Positions 39,883 to 48,951 of a DNA stretch of 64,000 nt are shown one piece after another; the stretch's first letter is position 1, and every line of letters starts with the position of its first letter. The position numbers and the translations under genes were made by a program. Source of the stretch: a virus; the IMG/VR virus record IMGVR_UViG_3300015371_000002, positions 32,001 to 96,000 of that record. One strand, 5' to 3'. The notes below the pieces were generated by a model, which saw only the letters and a program-made list of their open reading frames with translations, did not search any database and was not told where the DNA came from.

Positions 39883-40285
39883 TGAGCGAGCCGTGATCCT
39901 CGAGAGAACCGCCAGACGGGAGCGATTGACGACGGGCACCGTGCTGATAACCTCTCGCCCGTCGCTCGGTCTCCTACCCGAGTGGGAATACTCTTCATCA
40001 TCCATGCAAACTTCAGCTTGCGGGGACCGCAAGTGGTGCCTCACGCGCGCCCGCAAGCTGACTTTTCCACAGCCGAATTAGTAAAAGAATCAGCCAGTTC
40101 ACAAGTGTTCGTATTGCCAGAAGCGCGCGAGACCGGTAAGCAAGACGGGCACGGGATGCCCCGTGCGAGTGATAGCGAAACTTCACCCGGTCTCGCGCCT
40201 CTGCCCCTGCGAGGTTCCCGAAACCCCCGTGCGCAAATGCGCGGGCCGGGTATTTTTGCCCTAGCGCGACGCAATACGCAACGGC

Positions 40286-41965
40286 CTAGGCGAACGCAAT
40301 CTCATAGGTTGCAACACGCGCCGCATCCACACCGAGGCTAAGCACATCCGCCGCATCGAACAGCGCCATCGCCGCATCGATCTTCTGATCGCCGGCGTTA
40401 ATCTTGGTCGCGCGGATGGCCGTGGCCGTCGGCTCGATCTTAATGTTCCCGATGCACCACGACATCATCGAGCTCTGGCTGTGCCACAACGTCCCTTTGG
40501 CCAGCCGCCGTTCGCATGTCTTCAGCGCGTTCATGAGCCGATAGCCCTGCCCAACCGGCCACAGCATCTTGTTCGCCTCGGTAATGCCGATCTCCGCCAT
40601 CGCATCGACGATGTCGCCAACACCCGCCGGATCCACCGCCACGTGCGCCAAGATGCCCCTGGCCTTGATGTCGGCAATGATCTGCTTCATCGCCTCCAGG
40701 TCGTCCAGCATATCATCGCAAATCGTCAGTTCGCCGGCCCTTTCGAAGTCGAGCAGGCGCGGCGCGATCTGTTGCCGCCGCTCCAGCACGCTCCGGTGGC
40801 ACCAAGCGTGGGACCATAGTAGCCACGACTTCGATGCCTTATCCCGGCCATCAGCGTCGCGCCCCAGCACAGCAAAGCCGAACAGATCGTCCAGCCCACC
40901 GCCGTCCATCCCACACACCACCACCTCGGAGCGGTCCAACACAGCCTCAAGCGTGAGCGAAGGGTCGGTTTGCCGCTCCCAGAATTCCGCACCCGGCCAG
41001 CGGTCGGTCTGCAGCCCAAGGCCGATTTCGATGTTCAGATGCTGCGACGCCCAGCGCCGCAGTTCATGATCGCCCGCGGCAATCGCCGCCTCGTAGTCCG
41101 GGATCAGCCGCTCAATGGCCACCGTCAGCGTGGGGTTAACCATCCGCCAGTTGGCCGTGTCCCGCCAATCCACATCACGGGGAAACTCGTAGATCAACGG
41201 CAGCAGCGGCAATACCTGCTCGCCGTCACGCACCCGACGCGCATTATGCAGCGCCTCTTTGAACACACCCGACGGCGCACGCTCCGATTGCGTGGTAATC
41301 GAGATCAGGAACGCCTCGGGGTTGGCAATTAACCCACCGCGCAACTGCCCCATCACCCGATCCGCATCATGGGCGCCCGAAATGGCGTGTAGTTCGTCCA
41401 CCAGCACACCGCACGGTTTGGAGCCGGTGACCACTCTGGGGTCGAATGACTTAACCTTCAGGAAGGCCTTGGTCTGCCGATAGATGATGGTCTTGATGTG
41501 GTCCCGGATATGAAACTTGCCGGTCAGGATGGGGTCACTCTCGATCATCCCAACCGCCTGACGGAACGCCAGGTCGGCCACCTCCAGTGTCGGGGCGATC
41601 AGTAGGAATTCCGCCCGCGGTCGGCGGTTCATCAGCACCGCACAAATCATAATCGCGGCTGCCGAAGTCGTCTTCCCGGACTTCTTGGCAATCATGCAGA
41701 AGAATTCGCGGATATGCCGCTCGTTGGTATCCGGGTCGTAGGAGCCGAACACCGCGCGAACCAGGTCCTTCTGCCACTGCCCAGCGACATCGCGGAATGG
41801 CGGTTGGTCGATGACATCGGGAAGCCGCAGCTTGGAGAAGATGCCGAGGGCTGCGTCTGCCTCGTCCTCGTTCAACGGCAGATCGGGAAGCAGCGACTGC
41901 CCCGCCTTAATGCGCGATTGCCAATCCGGCCGTGCGGTTGACCATGTGGGGAGGGACTGGTCCAT
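40286..41965 (-). CDS. terL: Terminase large subunit
   Basis: WQ..L, Walker A AKKSGKT, Walker B VLVDELH, nuclease G.DGGGLDD and KID. Confidence 0.95.
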   Translation of the reverse strand: MDQSLPTWSTARPDWQSRIKAGQSLLPDLPLNEDEADAALGIFSKLRLPDVIDQPPFRDVAGQWQKDLVRAVFGSYDPDTNERHIREFFCMIAKKSGKTTSAAAIMICAVLMNRRPRAEFLLIAPTLEVADLAFRQAVGMIESDPILTGKFHIRDHIKTIIYRQTKAFLKVKSFDPRVVTGSKPCGVLVDELHAISGAHDADRVMGQLRGGLIANPEAFLISITTQSERAPSGVFKEALHNARRVRDGEQVLPLLPLIYEFPRDVDWRDTANWRMVNPTLTVAIERLIPDYEAAIAAGDHELRRWASQHLNIEIGLGLQTDRWPGAEFWERQTDPSLTLEAVLDRSEVVVCGMDGGGLDDLFGFAVLGRDADGRDKASKSWLLWSHAWCHRSVLERRQQIAPRLLDFERAGELTICDDMLDDLEAMKQIIADIKARGILAHVAVDPAGVGDIVDAMAEIGITEANKMLWPVGQGYRLMNALKTCERRLAKGTLWHSQSSMMSWCIGNIKIEPTATAIRATKINAGDQKIDAAMALFDAADVLSLGVDAARVATYEIAFA

Positions 41966-42532
41966 TTAGTCAGTCAGGTGACGCCAAGTCTCGCGCAATC
42001 GTATCAAACGGACGTTCGCCTCGCTGACCGCAAACCTTGCCGCAATTACCTTGTGAGGCCCCTCTGAGGCTAGGATTTCCCTCACTTGCTTCTCCGTCAG
42101 CTTCGCCCAAGGCATCTGTTCGCCACAGTAATAGGTTCCGTGCATCTTTTTGTCTTCTTGGTTTTCCTTAGGAAGCGCCCAACGGAGATGAGCGGCAGAA
42201 ACGCAACCCGTATGGCCGCGACCACAGGAATGTGCCACCTCGTGTAATTCAGTAGGACGGGGTCCGCTCGCAAGCCCGCATATCAGCTGGCAGGCTGATT
42301 TCCCGCCGATGTTGGCATAACCATTGCCAAACCTAGCAAACGGCCATTCTAAGCAGCCGTCGCCGTCATGAAGCAATGCGACGTGGTTGATAAAGTCTTC
42401 GGGCTCTCCCGGCGCGGCCCGCTTCTGATACAGCGGATCGCCGTGCCTTTGCCACCTCCTGTAGTGCTTCCCGCACCACGTCCTCTTGAACGGCCCACGG
42501 TTGGAACAGCCATCAATAGAGCACTCAGCCAT
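41966..42532 (-). CDS. HNH endonuclease between terS and terL
   Basis: CSIDGC...C.KHY..W..HGDP; CLEWP; HSCG.GH..CV...HL.W...EN..D; AKLTE HTH tail. Confidence 0.85.
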   Translation of the reverse strand: MAECSIDGCSNRGPFKRTWCGKHYRRWQRHGDPLYQKRAAPGEPEDFINHVALLHDGDGCLEWPFARFGNGYANIGGKSACQLICGLASGPRPTELHEVAHSCGRGHTGCVSAAHLRWALPKENQEDKKMHGTYYCGEQMPWAKLTEKQVREILASEGPHKVIAARFAVSEANVRLIRLRETWRHLTD

Positions 42533-42559
42533 CTAACTCGTCTACCAGACAGACCCGAG

Positions 42560-42907
42560 TCAGTTATAGGGGTCGGCATCCTTTTTGGTCTTTCCCGAAT
42601 TCCGATTAAGGAGAGAAAACCACTCTGTCCCTTGGTCGTTGGTCCGCGCCTCTTCTTCGGCCGCCTGCTTCTTGCCAGCCATGACGGTATCGGCCTTCGG
42701 ATGCACGAACGGTGCCGCCGCCGCTGCCATGCGATCCCGACGGACCGGATCCACGACCGGGTCGTTCATCACATGCAGCATGTATTCGAGCGGCGTCATG
42801 TTCTGGCGCACCTGCTCGCTTTGCATCCCCTCAGCGGTCAGTTCTCGCACCTTGCTGAGTGATCCAGGCGGACGTCCGCCGCCGTGTTTGAAGCCGCCTC
42901 GTGGCAT
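42560..42907 (-). CDS. terS: Terminase small subunit
   Basis: MPRGG...GGGRP.GS, TPLEYML.VMND...R...A..AAPF.HPK; upstream of terL. Confidence 0.8.
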   Translation of the reverse strand: MPRGGFKHGGGRPPGSLSKVRELTAEGMQSEQVRQNMTPLEYMLHVMNDPVVDPVRRDRMAAAAAPFVHPKADTVMAGKKQAAEEEARTNDQGTEWFSLLNRNSGKTKKDADPYN

Positions 42908-43435
42908 GAGATTAACCTTAAAACGTTGACAGTTAGTGGTGGGCCGCCGTGATAAATCGACCCAGGGGATAAAAAGGTCCGGGCGACCACCCTGGCGGTT
43001 ACCCCCCTCGGCGACCGATTCTTTCAACACTCCCCCCCGGGGGGGCATCGATGCTGGGACCGGGTGACGTATCCCCCCTACCGCTGCAGATAGCAGACTG
43101 ATGGCGCGCGCGATGGTGACGCACGATGCAACGTTGCGTTGCTGCGACCATCAGGTAGGCTTGCGGGATGCGGTGGATATGCGTCGTTAGTATGGTCTGG
43201 GCTGGGGCCAGCCTTGTTGTGATGCTTGGGATGCTGGTGGCCGTGCCGTTCATCCACGCACGCCAGAAAACGCGCCGGGCACCAGACCAAGCCAGTATCA
43301 GCGAGGCGCCGCGTAAGCCCGCCTAGGCGTCAGCAATCAGCATCTACGCCACTTGTGCCCTGGCGTGGTGCGCTTAGATATGCGGTGAGCTGGTAACCCT
43401 GCCGGTATTCTTTCCAATAATCCTTCAGATACCTG

Positions 43436-43464
43436 TTGACAGATACCCTGGGTATACCCATATT
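43436..43464 (+). promoter_or_regulatory. Sigma70-like early promoter P1
   Basis: TTGACA-N17-CATATT with GATACC/GGTAT palindrome in spacer. Confidence 0.75.
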
Positions 43465-43469
43465 AGGAG

Positions 43470-44410
43470 TGAACCAAAGGACAAGCCCTCGAACAAGAGC
43501 CCACCAGACCAGAGGTTCCAGGAACAACAAGACTAGCGGCCGCCACCGACACCAAGGCAACCAACTAAGGAGCGACACGGATCGCTCGCCTACCAGAGAA
43601 TAGAGACAGGTTCGGCTTGAACTTGACTTCGTTCTAAGTGGCGCCATCGCGTGCCACGTTCCCGTTGCTAGCCTATCGGGCAATGAAGCCTGCCCAGTCT
43701 CCTGCCTCTGGACGACGTGGCCAGTCACGAAGCACAGGAGTCACCGAATAGTGCCATGGGCAAAGGCATCGAACGATGCATGGGTGTCATGGGCGAAGTC
43801 GGAAACTGGGAATACTCCACATACAGGGGACAGCCTCGCATAGGGCTTAGGGTTGCAATTCGGTTGCGAAGCGTATGCTTGAGGCTTGTTCCCTTGCTGG
43901 TCCTGCCCATGCGTGGGGCGCCCGAGTGTGGTCAACGGCCACGCTGGTTTCGCCAGTTACACGGTAGGCAAGATGCTTTTGACGGTAGCAGTCCATTTGC
44001 ACGGCGGACTACACCAGCATTCCAACCGCTGGCCCATCGTGCGCTAACGTTCGGCGGGTATGGGGTTATGGACAACCCTCCGTAGCGCGACACTTGGCTT
44101 CCCGTCACTTGCGACGGTTGCTCAGTATACGCGACGGCACTCCGCGAAGGACGCGAGTAAAGCTACCCGTTACAGTGTGACCCGCGTTTGTGGCAATGGG
44201 CTGGCCTAGGCGCTTATAGGCGCTGCAAACGTAGCAAGATTGACGCTAGCGGTCACGCTGCAACGAATAGCAAGGAAAGCAGGCTTGGCGCACCCCGAAG
44301 CGTGAGAACTATCGGAGTCTCCTAAGTGACAGGATGCAAGGCGCTTATCTCTCACAGTCTGCTGCCATGCCGTCAGGCGGTTTCGGCCGCCTTGCGCAAT
44401 GGCAATAGAG
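43470..44410 (+). ncRNA. Candidate large structured ncRNA or leader RNA
   Basis: No credible ORF between P1 and first gene (44424); many stems with G-U pairs and UUCG-type loops. Confidence 0.5.
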
Positions 44411-44423
44411 GGTTAACTCGGAA

Positions 44424-44684
44424 ATGACGTATCAGGAAGCCAAGGCACGGCAAGCAGCGCTTGAGGCTAACGTAAAGCTGGCCGGCGCTGCATTGCGGCA
44501 ATTCCCCGCAAACGGGCCGATGGGTCTAACGCCAGACTCGGTAAAAGCGTCGCCAGAGTTTCGGACGGCGAAGGCTTGCTTCGATCGGGCTTTCTCGCAA
44601 TTAGCCGCGTTTAATGCGGCTTTCGTGAAAACGTATCGCAAGGAAGCGGCCGCAGAACGGAAAGCTCGGAGAAATGGGAGATAG
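44424..44684 (+). CDS. Early hypothetical protein
   Basis: GLTPD.VK.SPE...AK...AF motif; first ORF of plus-strand island. Confidence 0.7.
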   Translation: MTYQEAKARQAALEANVKLAGAALRQFPANGPMGLTPDSVKASPEFRTAKACFDRAFSQLAAFNAAFVKTYRKEAAAERKARRNGR

Positions 44685-44958
44685 GCGAATGTTATGCGAC
44701 CTTGGCAACCCCATGCCTAAGGGGACGCTGGTTACCGTCAAGACAAACAACGGTGGCAAGATTACTGCCCCATTGGCGATGGCTTATCGTCCCTCTTATC
44801 GCGCCGTGATTGACGTTAATGGTGACGACGTTGTCATTCCAGCCACGCGCATAACGTCAATTCAGAAGGAATTGCCACATCCATGCAAGCGATGCGGTAT
44901 GATCGTTCCCGATGCTCGCGGCATCGTCCATTGCTGGCACCGCGAGTGCCCAGAGTAA
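44674..44958 (+). CDS. Early hypothetical protein
   Basis: Co-oriented, C-terminal CxxC..HC. Confidence 0.55.
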   Translation: MGDRRMLCDLGNPMPKGTLVTVKTNNGGKITAPLAMAYRPSYRAVIDVNGDDVVIPATRITSIQKELPHPCKRCGMIVPDARGIVHCWHRECPE

Positions 44959-44968
44959 GGAGTCAGTC

Positions 44969-45154
44969 ATGACACGCCATGAATCCGCATATGTTTGGGA
45001 GATCGAACGTCTGCCGCACGAATTGCCGCAGGAAATGCCGCGCGACGAACCAATGCTGCAGATTGTCCCCCATGAACGCGAGATCGATCACACACCAGCC
45101 GCAGTGATTATCCGGCCACCGATCGATCAACACGGAAATTTTCGTCCGTGGTAG
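44969..45154 (+). CDS. Early hypothetical protein
   Basis: TAAGGAG SD before ATG 44969. Confidence 0.6.
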   Translation: MTRHESAYVWEIERLPHELPQEMPRDEPMLQIVPHEREIDHTPAAVIIRPPIDQHGNFRPW

Positions 45155-45164
45155 GGATTACCGC

Positions 45165-45193
45165 TTGACGATACCCCACGGTATCCTTATGTA
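45165..45193 (+). promoter_or_regulatory. Sigma70-like early promoter P2
   Basis: TTGACG-N17-TATGTA; lies in a 38-bp direct repeat shared with P3. Confidence 0.7.
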
Positions 45194-45221
45194 GGGGGCA
45201 ACGAAGCGGATGGATACACAG

Positions 45222-45380
45222 ATGACTACCTACCGCGTCACAGCCCAGAGCTACACCAGCAGCCAGCGGATTGCGAAGCTAATCACCAGTGACACTGAGC
45301 AGTCCGCACTACGGCAAGCTAACAAGGAGCTCGATGGCGATTGGTATGTTCTGGATATCAAGCCGGTATCTAAGGCATAG
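45222..45380 (+). CDS. Early hypothetical protein (52 aa)
   Basis: MTTYRVTAQSY... directly downstream of P2. Confidence 0.55.
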   Translation: MTTYRVTAQSYTSSQRIAKLITSDTEQSALRQANKELDGDWYVLDIKPVSKA

Positions 45381-45413
45381 GCGCCCAAACAAGCAAACCC
45401 AAAGGCAACGACA

Positions 45414-45710
45414 ATGACAAAGCATCGCACCCGAAAGTCACGAATTGAGATTATGGTTGTTACACTGCCGGCATACTGGGCATGCGCAATAGTCAATGGC
45501 GATTGCAGCAGTATGGATGATACGGAAGTTTCCGACATGGAGCGTGAGCTTGAAGCGCTATCTGCTGAGGGCTGGTCAATTATTGACGTTGCTCGCGATA
45601 AGAGCGGGGAGCCCGACGAGTCGCGCTTTACATCGTCCTTCCGTCTGTATGGCGGCAATTGCGCTGGTGGCGACGTATTGGATTACGTGGCTATTCGCGA
45701 CAAGCGCTAA
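45414..45710 (+). CDS. Early hypothetical protein
   Basis: LPAYWA.A..NGD motif; A/C-rich leader. Confidence 0.65.
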   Translation: MTKHRTRKSRIEIMVVTLPAYWACAIVNGDCSSMDDTEVSDMERELEALSAEGWSIIDVARDKSGEPDESRFTSSFRLYGGNCAGGDVLDYVAIRDKR

Positions 45711-45790
45711 GGCGGACACATAGCAGCGTTACGGCGCTGCTATAGCCTGCCTTCGCAGGAAACATAACAAGAGCAACCCAAGAGGTTACA

Positions 45791-46174
45791 ATGAGAACTA
45801 AGCACACAGAGCCGCTGTCCAACTGGTGGACCGGAACGGAATCGGCGTGGGAGCGGTTGCCCTATGACGAACGCAAGGAATTAGCATTTGCGGCAACGGG
45901 TTGTGAAGTTGCATGGCCACGTTGGCCCGCGCCAGTTCACTGCTTGCATACAGACTGCCGCATCCGGCGCGGCGAAATTCTGCCGATCGTGAAGCTTAAC
46001 GGCACCATGCGGTATGAAGCCCAAACCGGCTGGTGGCGCTTTATCGAGGACCGCAATCAACTGGCGCGGATATACCGCCACTACCGCCGGGAAGCACGCA
46101 AGGTCGGCGAGTATGATCTATGGAAGCTTGGCGCTGTTGGTGTGGCTTTGTTAGGCGTTTCGCTTTCCAAGTAA
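45791..46174 (+). CDS. Early hypothetical protein
   Basis: GAGG SD; co-oriented. Confidence 0.6.
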   Translation: MRTKHTEPLSNWWTGTESAWERLPYDERKELAFAATGCEVAWPRWPAPVHCLHTDCRIRRGEILPIVKLNGTMRYEAQTGWWRFIEDRNQLARIYRHYRREARKVGEYDLWKLGAVGVALLGVSLSK

Positions 46175-46224
46175 CGGGAGTAGCAACCGCCGGCCGAAAC
46201 GCGATTAAATAGTCGGATTACCGC

Positions 46225-46253
46225 TTGACGATACCCCACGGTATCCTTATGTT
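46225..46253 (+). promoter_or_regulatory. Sigma70-like early promoter P3
   Basis: TTGACG-N17-TATGTT; 46215-46252 identical to 45155-45192. Confidence 0.75.
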
Positions 46254-46287
46254 GTGGGTAACGCAGCAAACCCAAAAGGAGACAACA

Positions 46288-46647
46288 ATGGAACACTGGG
46301 AAACGGTCTGGCAATTCAATACCGCACGCTACACGGTGGCGCTGTCTGTCAGCGACGAAGAGTCAGATCCTGCGGACAGTTTCAGTTTTGAGGATGATGT
46401 CGAATATGCTCGTGAAGGCGGTTGGCATTGGTTCTGCGCACGGGTGCAAGTCATCTTCCGCGACGAGAACAACCCGAAGAACTGGGCGGTGCGGCGTGAC
46501 TTGGTGTTAGGCGAGGACTTCATCGGCGGATGTAGCTATGAAGACTTAAAGTCCTTCAGGTCTGACGGCTATTTCCGCGACATGGTGGCGGAAGCCATTA
46601 GCGAGGCGCGCGGCAAGCTGTCTCGGTTGTGCAGTAAGGCAGCATAG
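46288..46647 (+). CDS. Early hypothetical protein
   Basis: AAGGAG SD; WFCA.V...LG.D..GGC.Y...DGYF.DMV.EA motif. Confidence 0.7.
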   Translation: MEHWETVWQFNTARYTVALSVSDEESDPADSFSFEDDVEYAREGGWHWFCARVQVIFRDENNPKNWAVRRDLVLGEDFIGGCSYEDLKSFRSDGYFRDMVAEAISEARGKLSRLCSKAA

Positions 46648-46656
46648 GAGAGGACA

Positions 46657-46899
46657 ATGCACGCGCTTTCAGTAATCCGCTATCCTTCGGGGCGCTACGG
46701 CTTCGTCGGCAGGGTGCCCGCTGTTCTGGCTTATGAGGGCAGCGAAGAAGACATGGAAACCGCTGCCCACTACGGGCCGGGAATTGCACGAAGGATTGCG
46801 AGCAGGAACGGCCGCGAATTCCGCGCGCTCTCATGGGCCACTCGCGAGGATGCGCTTGCTGCCGCTGCTGCCCACGGCTTCGACGTCCATAACGGCTGA
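46657..46899 (+). CDS. Early hypothetical protein
   Basis: GAGGA SD; YPSGRYGFVG.VP motif. Confidence 0.65.
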   Translation: MHALSVIRYPSGRYGFVGRVPAVLAYEGSEEDMETAAHYGPGIARRIASRNGREFRALSWATREDALAAAAAHGFDVHNG

Positions 46900-47007
46900 C
46901 CATGCTGTAAGGTGCACCTGTGCGGTGTCACCTTGCACAATGGCCAGAGTGACCATTGACGCGCCATACAGAGGGCGCGACGGCACATAAACGGAAGGCA
47001 AACCCAG

Positions 47008-47589
47008 ATGTCAGCGACCAACAAGTGCCCATGTTGTGGGCGCGCCATGCCGCGCCAGCGGACAGCGACAAAACCTAAGCTAATGACGGGCGAACAGTTC
47101 TTTGAAGCTCGCATGGTAGCCTGTCGCGCGATTGCGGCAGACCTAGGCGAAAATTGGCATCTAGTCGAGGGTGCAAGCTACTGGGCCACGATTCCCGCCA
47201 GGCTGCGATCGTTCAAAACCGCACGCGGCACAAAGATTAGGTGCAACCGTGAGGTAAGGTTGCCAGCGGGCCGGTATTGGCCGGCGGGCTGTCTGCCTGA
47301 CGGTTTAGTCGTGGCTCCGCCGTATGCCAGAGACAAGACTCCGCCAGAGGTGGTGCGGCGCATGGCGGCGACACGCGAGCTTGGCAGGCTGGAACGTGAA
47401 TATTCCCACGATCGCAGCCGTGCATTGCACGTCAACGTTCGTTGGCATGACTCAAACTTGAGTCGCTACTACACGCCAGAGGATAGGGCAGCAGATATAC
47501 AACGGGCTTGGGACGTTCGCCGCGAGCTTTCACAGGCTAGACGCGACAGGGCTCTGGTCGCTGATGATACCCTGCCTATGGCAGCATGA
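47008..47589 (+). CDS. Early hypothetical protein
   Basis: CPCCG N-terminus; co-oriented. Confidence 0.6.
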   Translation: MSATNKCPCCGRAMPRQRTATKPKLMTGEQFFEARMVACRAIAADLGENWHLVEGASYWATIPARLRSFKTARGTKIRCNREVRLPAGRYWPAGCLPDGLVVAPPYARDKTPPEVVRRMAATRELGRLEREYSHDRSRALHVNVRWHDSNLSRYYTPEDRAADIQRAWDVRRELSQARRDRALVADDTLPMAA

Positions 47590-47651
47590 CATGACGGCGT
47601 GCTGCGCTCACGTGGCAGGCTACCCCTCTCCAATCGAAGGAGATTAGTAAG

Positions 47652-47897
47652 ATGGACAAGAAAAGAACAAAGACGGCATATGGCGAATATCGTCCAGATT
47701 TGGGTCGCTTCATACTGCGCCCAGTGAAGCGCATTCCATTTATGGCGCCAATTCCTTGCGCGGTGTTCCCTTCGATACAAGAAGCCGAGCAGGCTGCCGA
47801 CGCCCATGGTTATCGAGTTATCTGGGACAAGTCACCCACTCCAATCGAAGGGGGCCAATTCCGGGCTCCCTGTCCAATCGAAGGGGATCGAAAATGA
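47652..47897 (+). CDS. Early hypothetical protein
   Basis: Repeat supplies SD; ends TPIEG...CPIEGDRK. Confidence 0.6.
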   Translation: MDKKRTKTAYGEYRPDLGRFILRPVKRIPFMAPIPCAVFPSIQEAEQAADAHGYRVIWDKSPTPIEGGQFRAPCPIEGDRK

Positions 47898-48103
47898 ATC
47901 TCAGTGAGAGAACCGCGTTGATCAATCGCATTGCTAGCCTGCCCGGACCCGTCACGCTTGACGGAAAGCCGGCGCTGATTTGCGGACTGACCAGCGACTT
48001 CCTAACCGTGGTCACTATGACCTTACCGCGAGTGTCTTGTCAGTTCTCGTGGGAAGCGGTGGCGCGATTGCTCGACAAGGGCGGAGCTTTCCGTTCCTTC
48101 TGA
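47894..48103 (+). CDS. Early hypothetical protein
   Basis: Repeat supplies SD; VTLDGKPA.I.G...F..V motif. Confidence 0.65.
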   Translation: MNLSERTALINRIASLPGPVTLDGKPALICGLTSDFLTVVTMTLPRVSCQFSWEAVARLLDKGGAFRSF

Positions 48104-48160
48104 CCAGTCTCGATCCTGTCCTCGCTTCGGTAGCATAACTCCAATCGAAGGAGCTTTGAA

Positions 48161-48319
48161 ATGAAGACCTATACACTTAGCGTCCTTGTCTCAGTCGACC
48201 TAGCGTTTTCCAACGACGAAGCGGCGAAAGAATGGGCGGAAGAGCACACTGTTTTCGATATGCTCGACAAAGGCGCTGGCGTTGGTGAAGTCGTCATTAC
48301 TCCAATCGAAGGGGATTAA
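48161..48319 (+). CDS. Early hypothetical protein (52 aa)
   Basis: MKTYTLSVLV...TPIEGD between two repeat copies. Confidence 0.6.
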   Translation: MKTYTLSVLVSVDLAFSNDEAAKEWAEEHTVFDMLDKGAGVGEVVITPIEGD

Positions 48320-48320
48320 A

Positions 48321-48521
48321 ATGCTCACTCTCAGAGAGGCCGACATACTCCGCGCCTACTGGCGCCAAACCTACGCCGTAGTGCGCGTCCGTCGGGATGG
48401 CACAGTTGAGGCGAAGCAGTGCCCATCATCGCCGTGGGCCATCCTGGAAACGCCGGAACAAGCGCGCCTTAGCGCCGCCGAGCTCTTGGCCATTCCGGGC
48501 AATCGAAGGGGATCGAAATGA
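48321..48521 (+). CDS. Early hypothetical protein
   Basis: Between repeat copies. Confidence 0.6.
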   Translation: MLTLREADILRAYWRQTYAVVRVRRDGTVEAKQCPSSPWAILETPEQARLSAAELLAIPGNRRGSK

Positions 48522-48682
48522 CAATGCATGATCTAGGGGACGTGTTTCAACACGCGTTTCACCACGAACGATCCCCGCGAGCGAGCGCGGCGGAGGTCGC
48601 GACATTCTGCGGCATGGTGGCCGCTGCGCTGCTGGTGACGTGGTTCACCACGGGCCACGCGTTGCTTATGGCGATGCGGTAG
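48518..48682 (+). CDS. Early small membrane protein (54 aa)
   Basis: MTMHDLG...hydrophobic C-half; between repeat copies. Confidence 0.5.
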   Translation: MTMHDLGDVFQHAFHHERSPRASAAEVATFCGMVAAALLVTWFTTGHALLMAMR

Positions 48683-48708
48683 ACCCATTCCAATCGAAGG
48701 GGGCCAAA

Positions 48709-48951
48709 ATGGCCATGAAACGTCAGCGCCTATGGACCGTATGGGGACAAGATCCCCTGCGCCCAGGCAATCGCATGTTCAAGACCGAAGCTGAAGCATT
48801 GGCCTATGCGGCCGTGCTGGCGCCGATATCTAGCGGATGGGCGATGGTTCAGGATCATTGGACGCGCGAGATCAGGACCGTGCGGGCGATATACCCCACT
48901 CCAATCGAAGGGGAGCGAAAATACCCTGTCCAATCGAAGAATACCGATTGA
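48709..48951 (+). CDS. Early hypothetical protein
   Basis: Repeat supplies SD; F.TEAEA..YA motif. Confidence 0.6.
   Translation: MAMKRQRLWTVWGQDPLRPGNRMFKTEAEALAYAAVLAPISSGWAMVQDHWTREIRTVRAIYPTPIEGERKYPVQSKNTD

Noticed and set aside
43330-44085. ORFs 43330..43728 (-) and 43717..44085 (+) as real genes
   Set aside because: No convincing SD, atypical composition, and overlap with promoter P1 and many RNA stems; cannot be fully excluded
43470-44410. tRNA genes in the non-coding stretch
   Set aside because: No cloverleaf with GTTCRA T-loop and matching acceptor stem was found by eye
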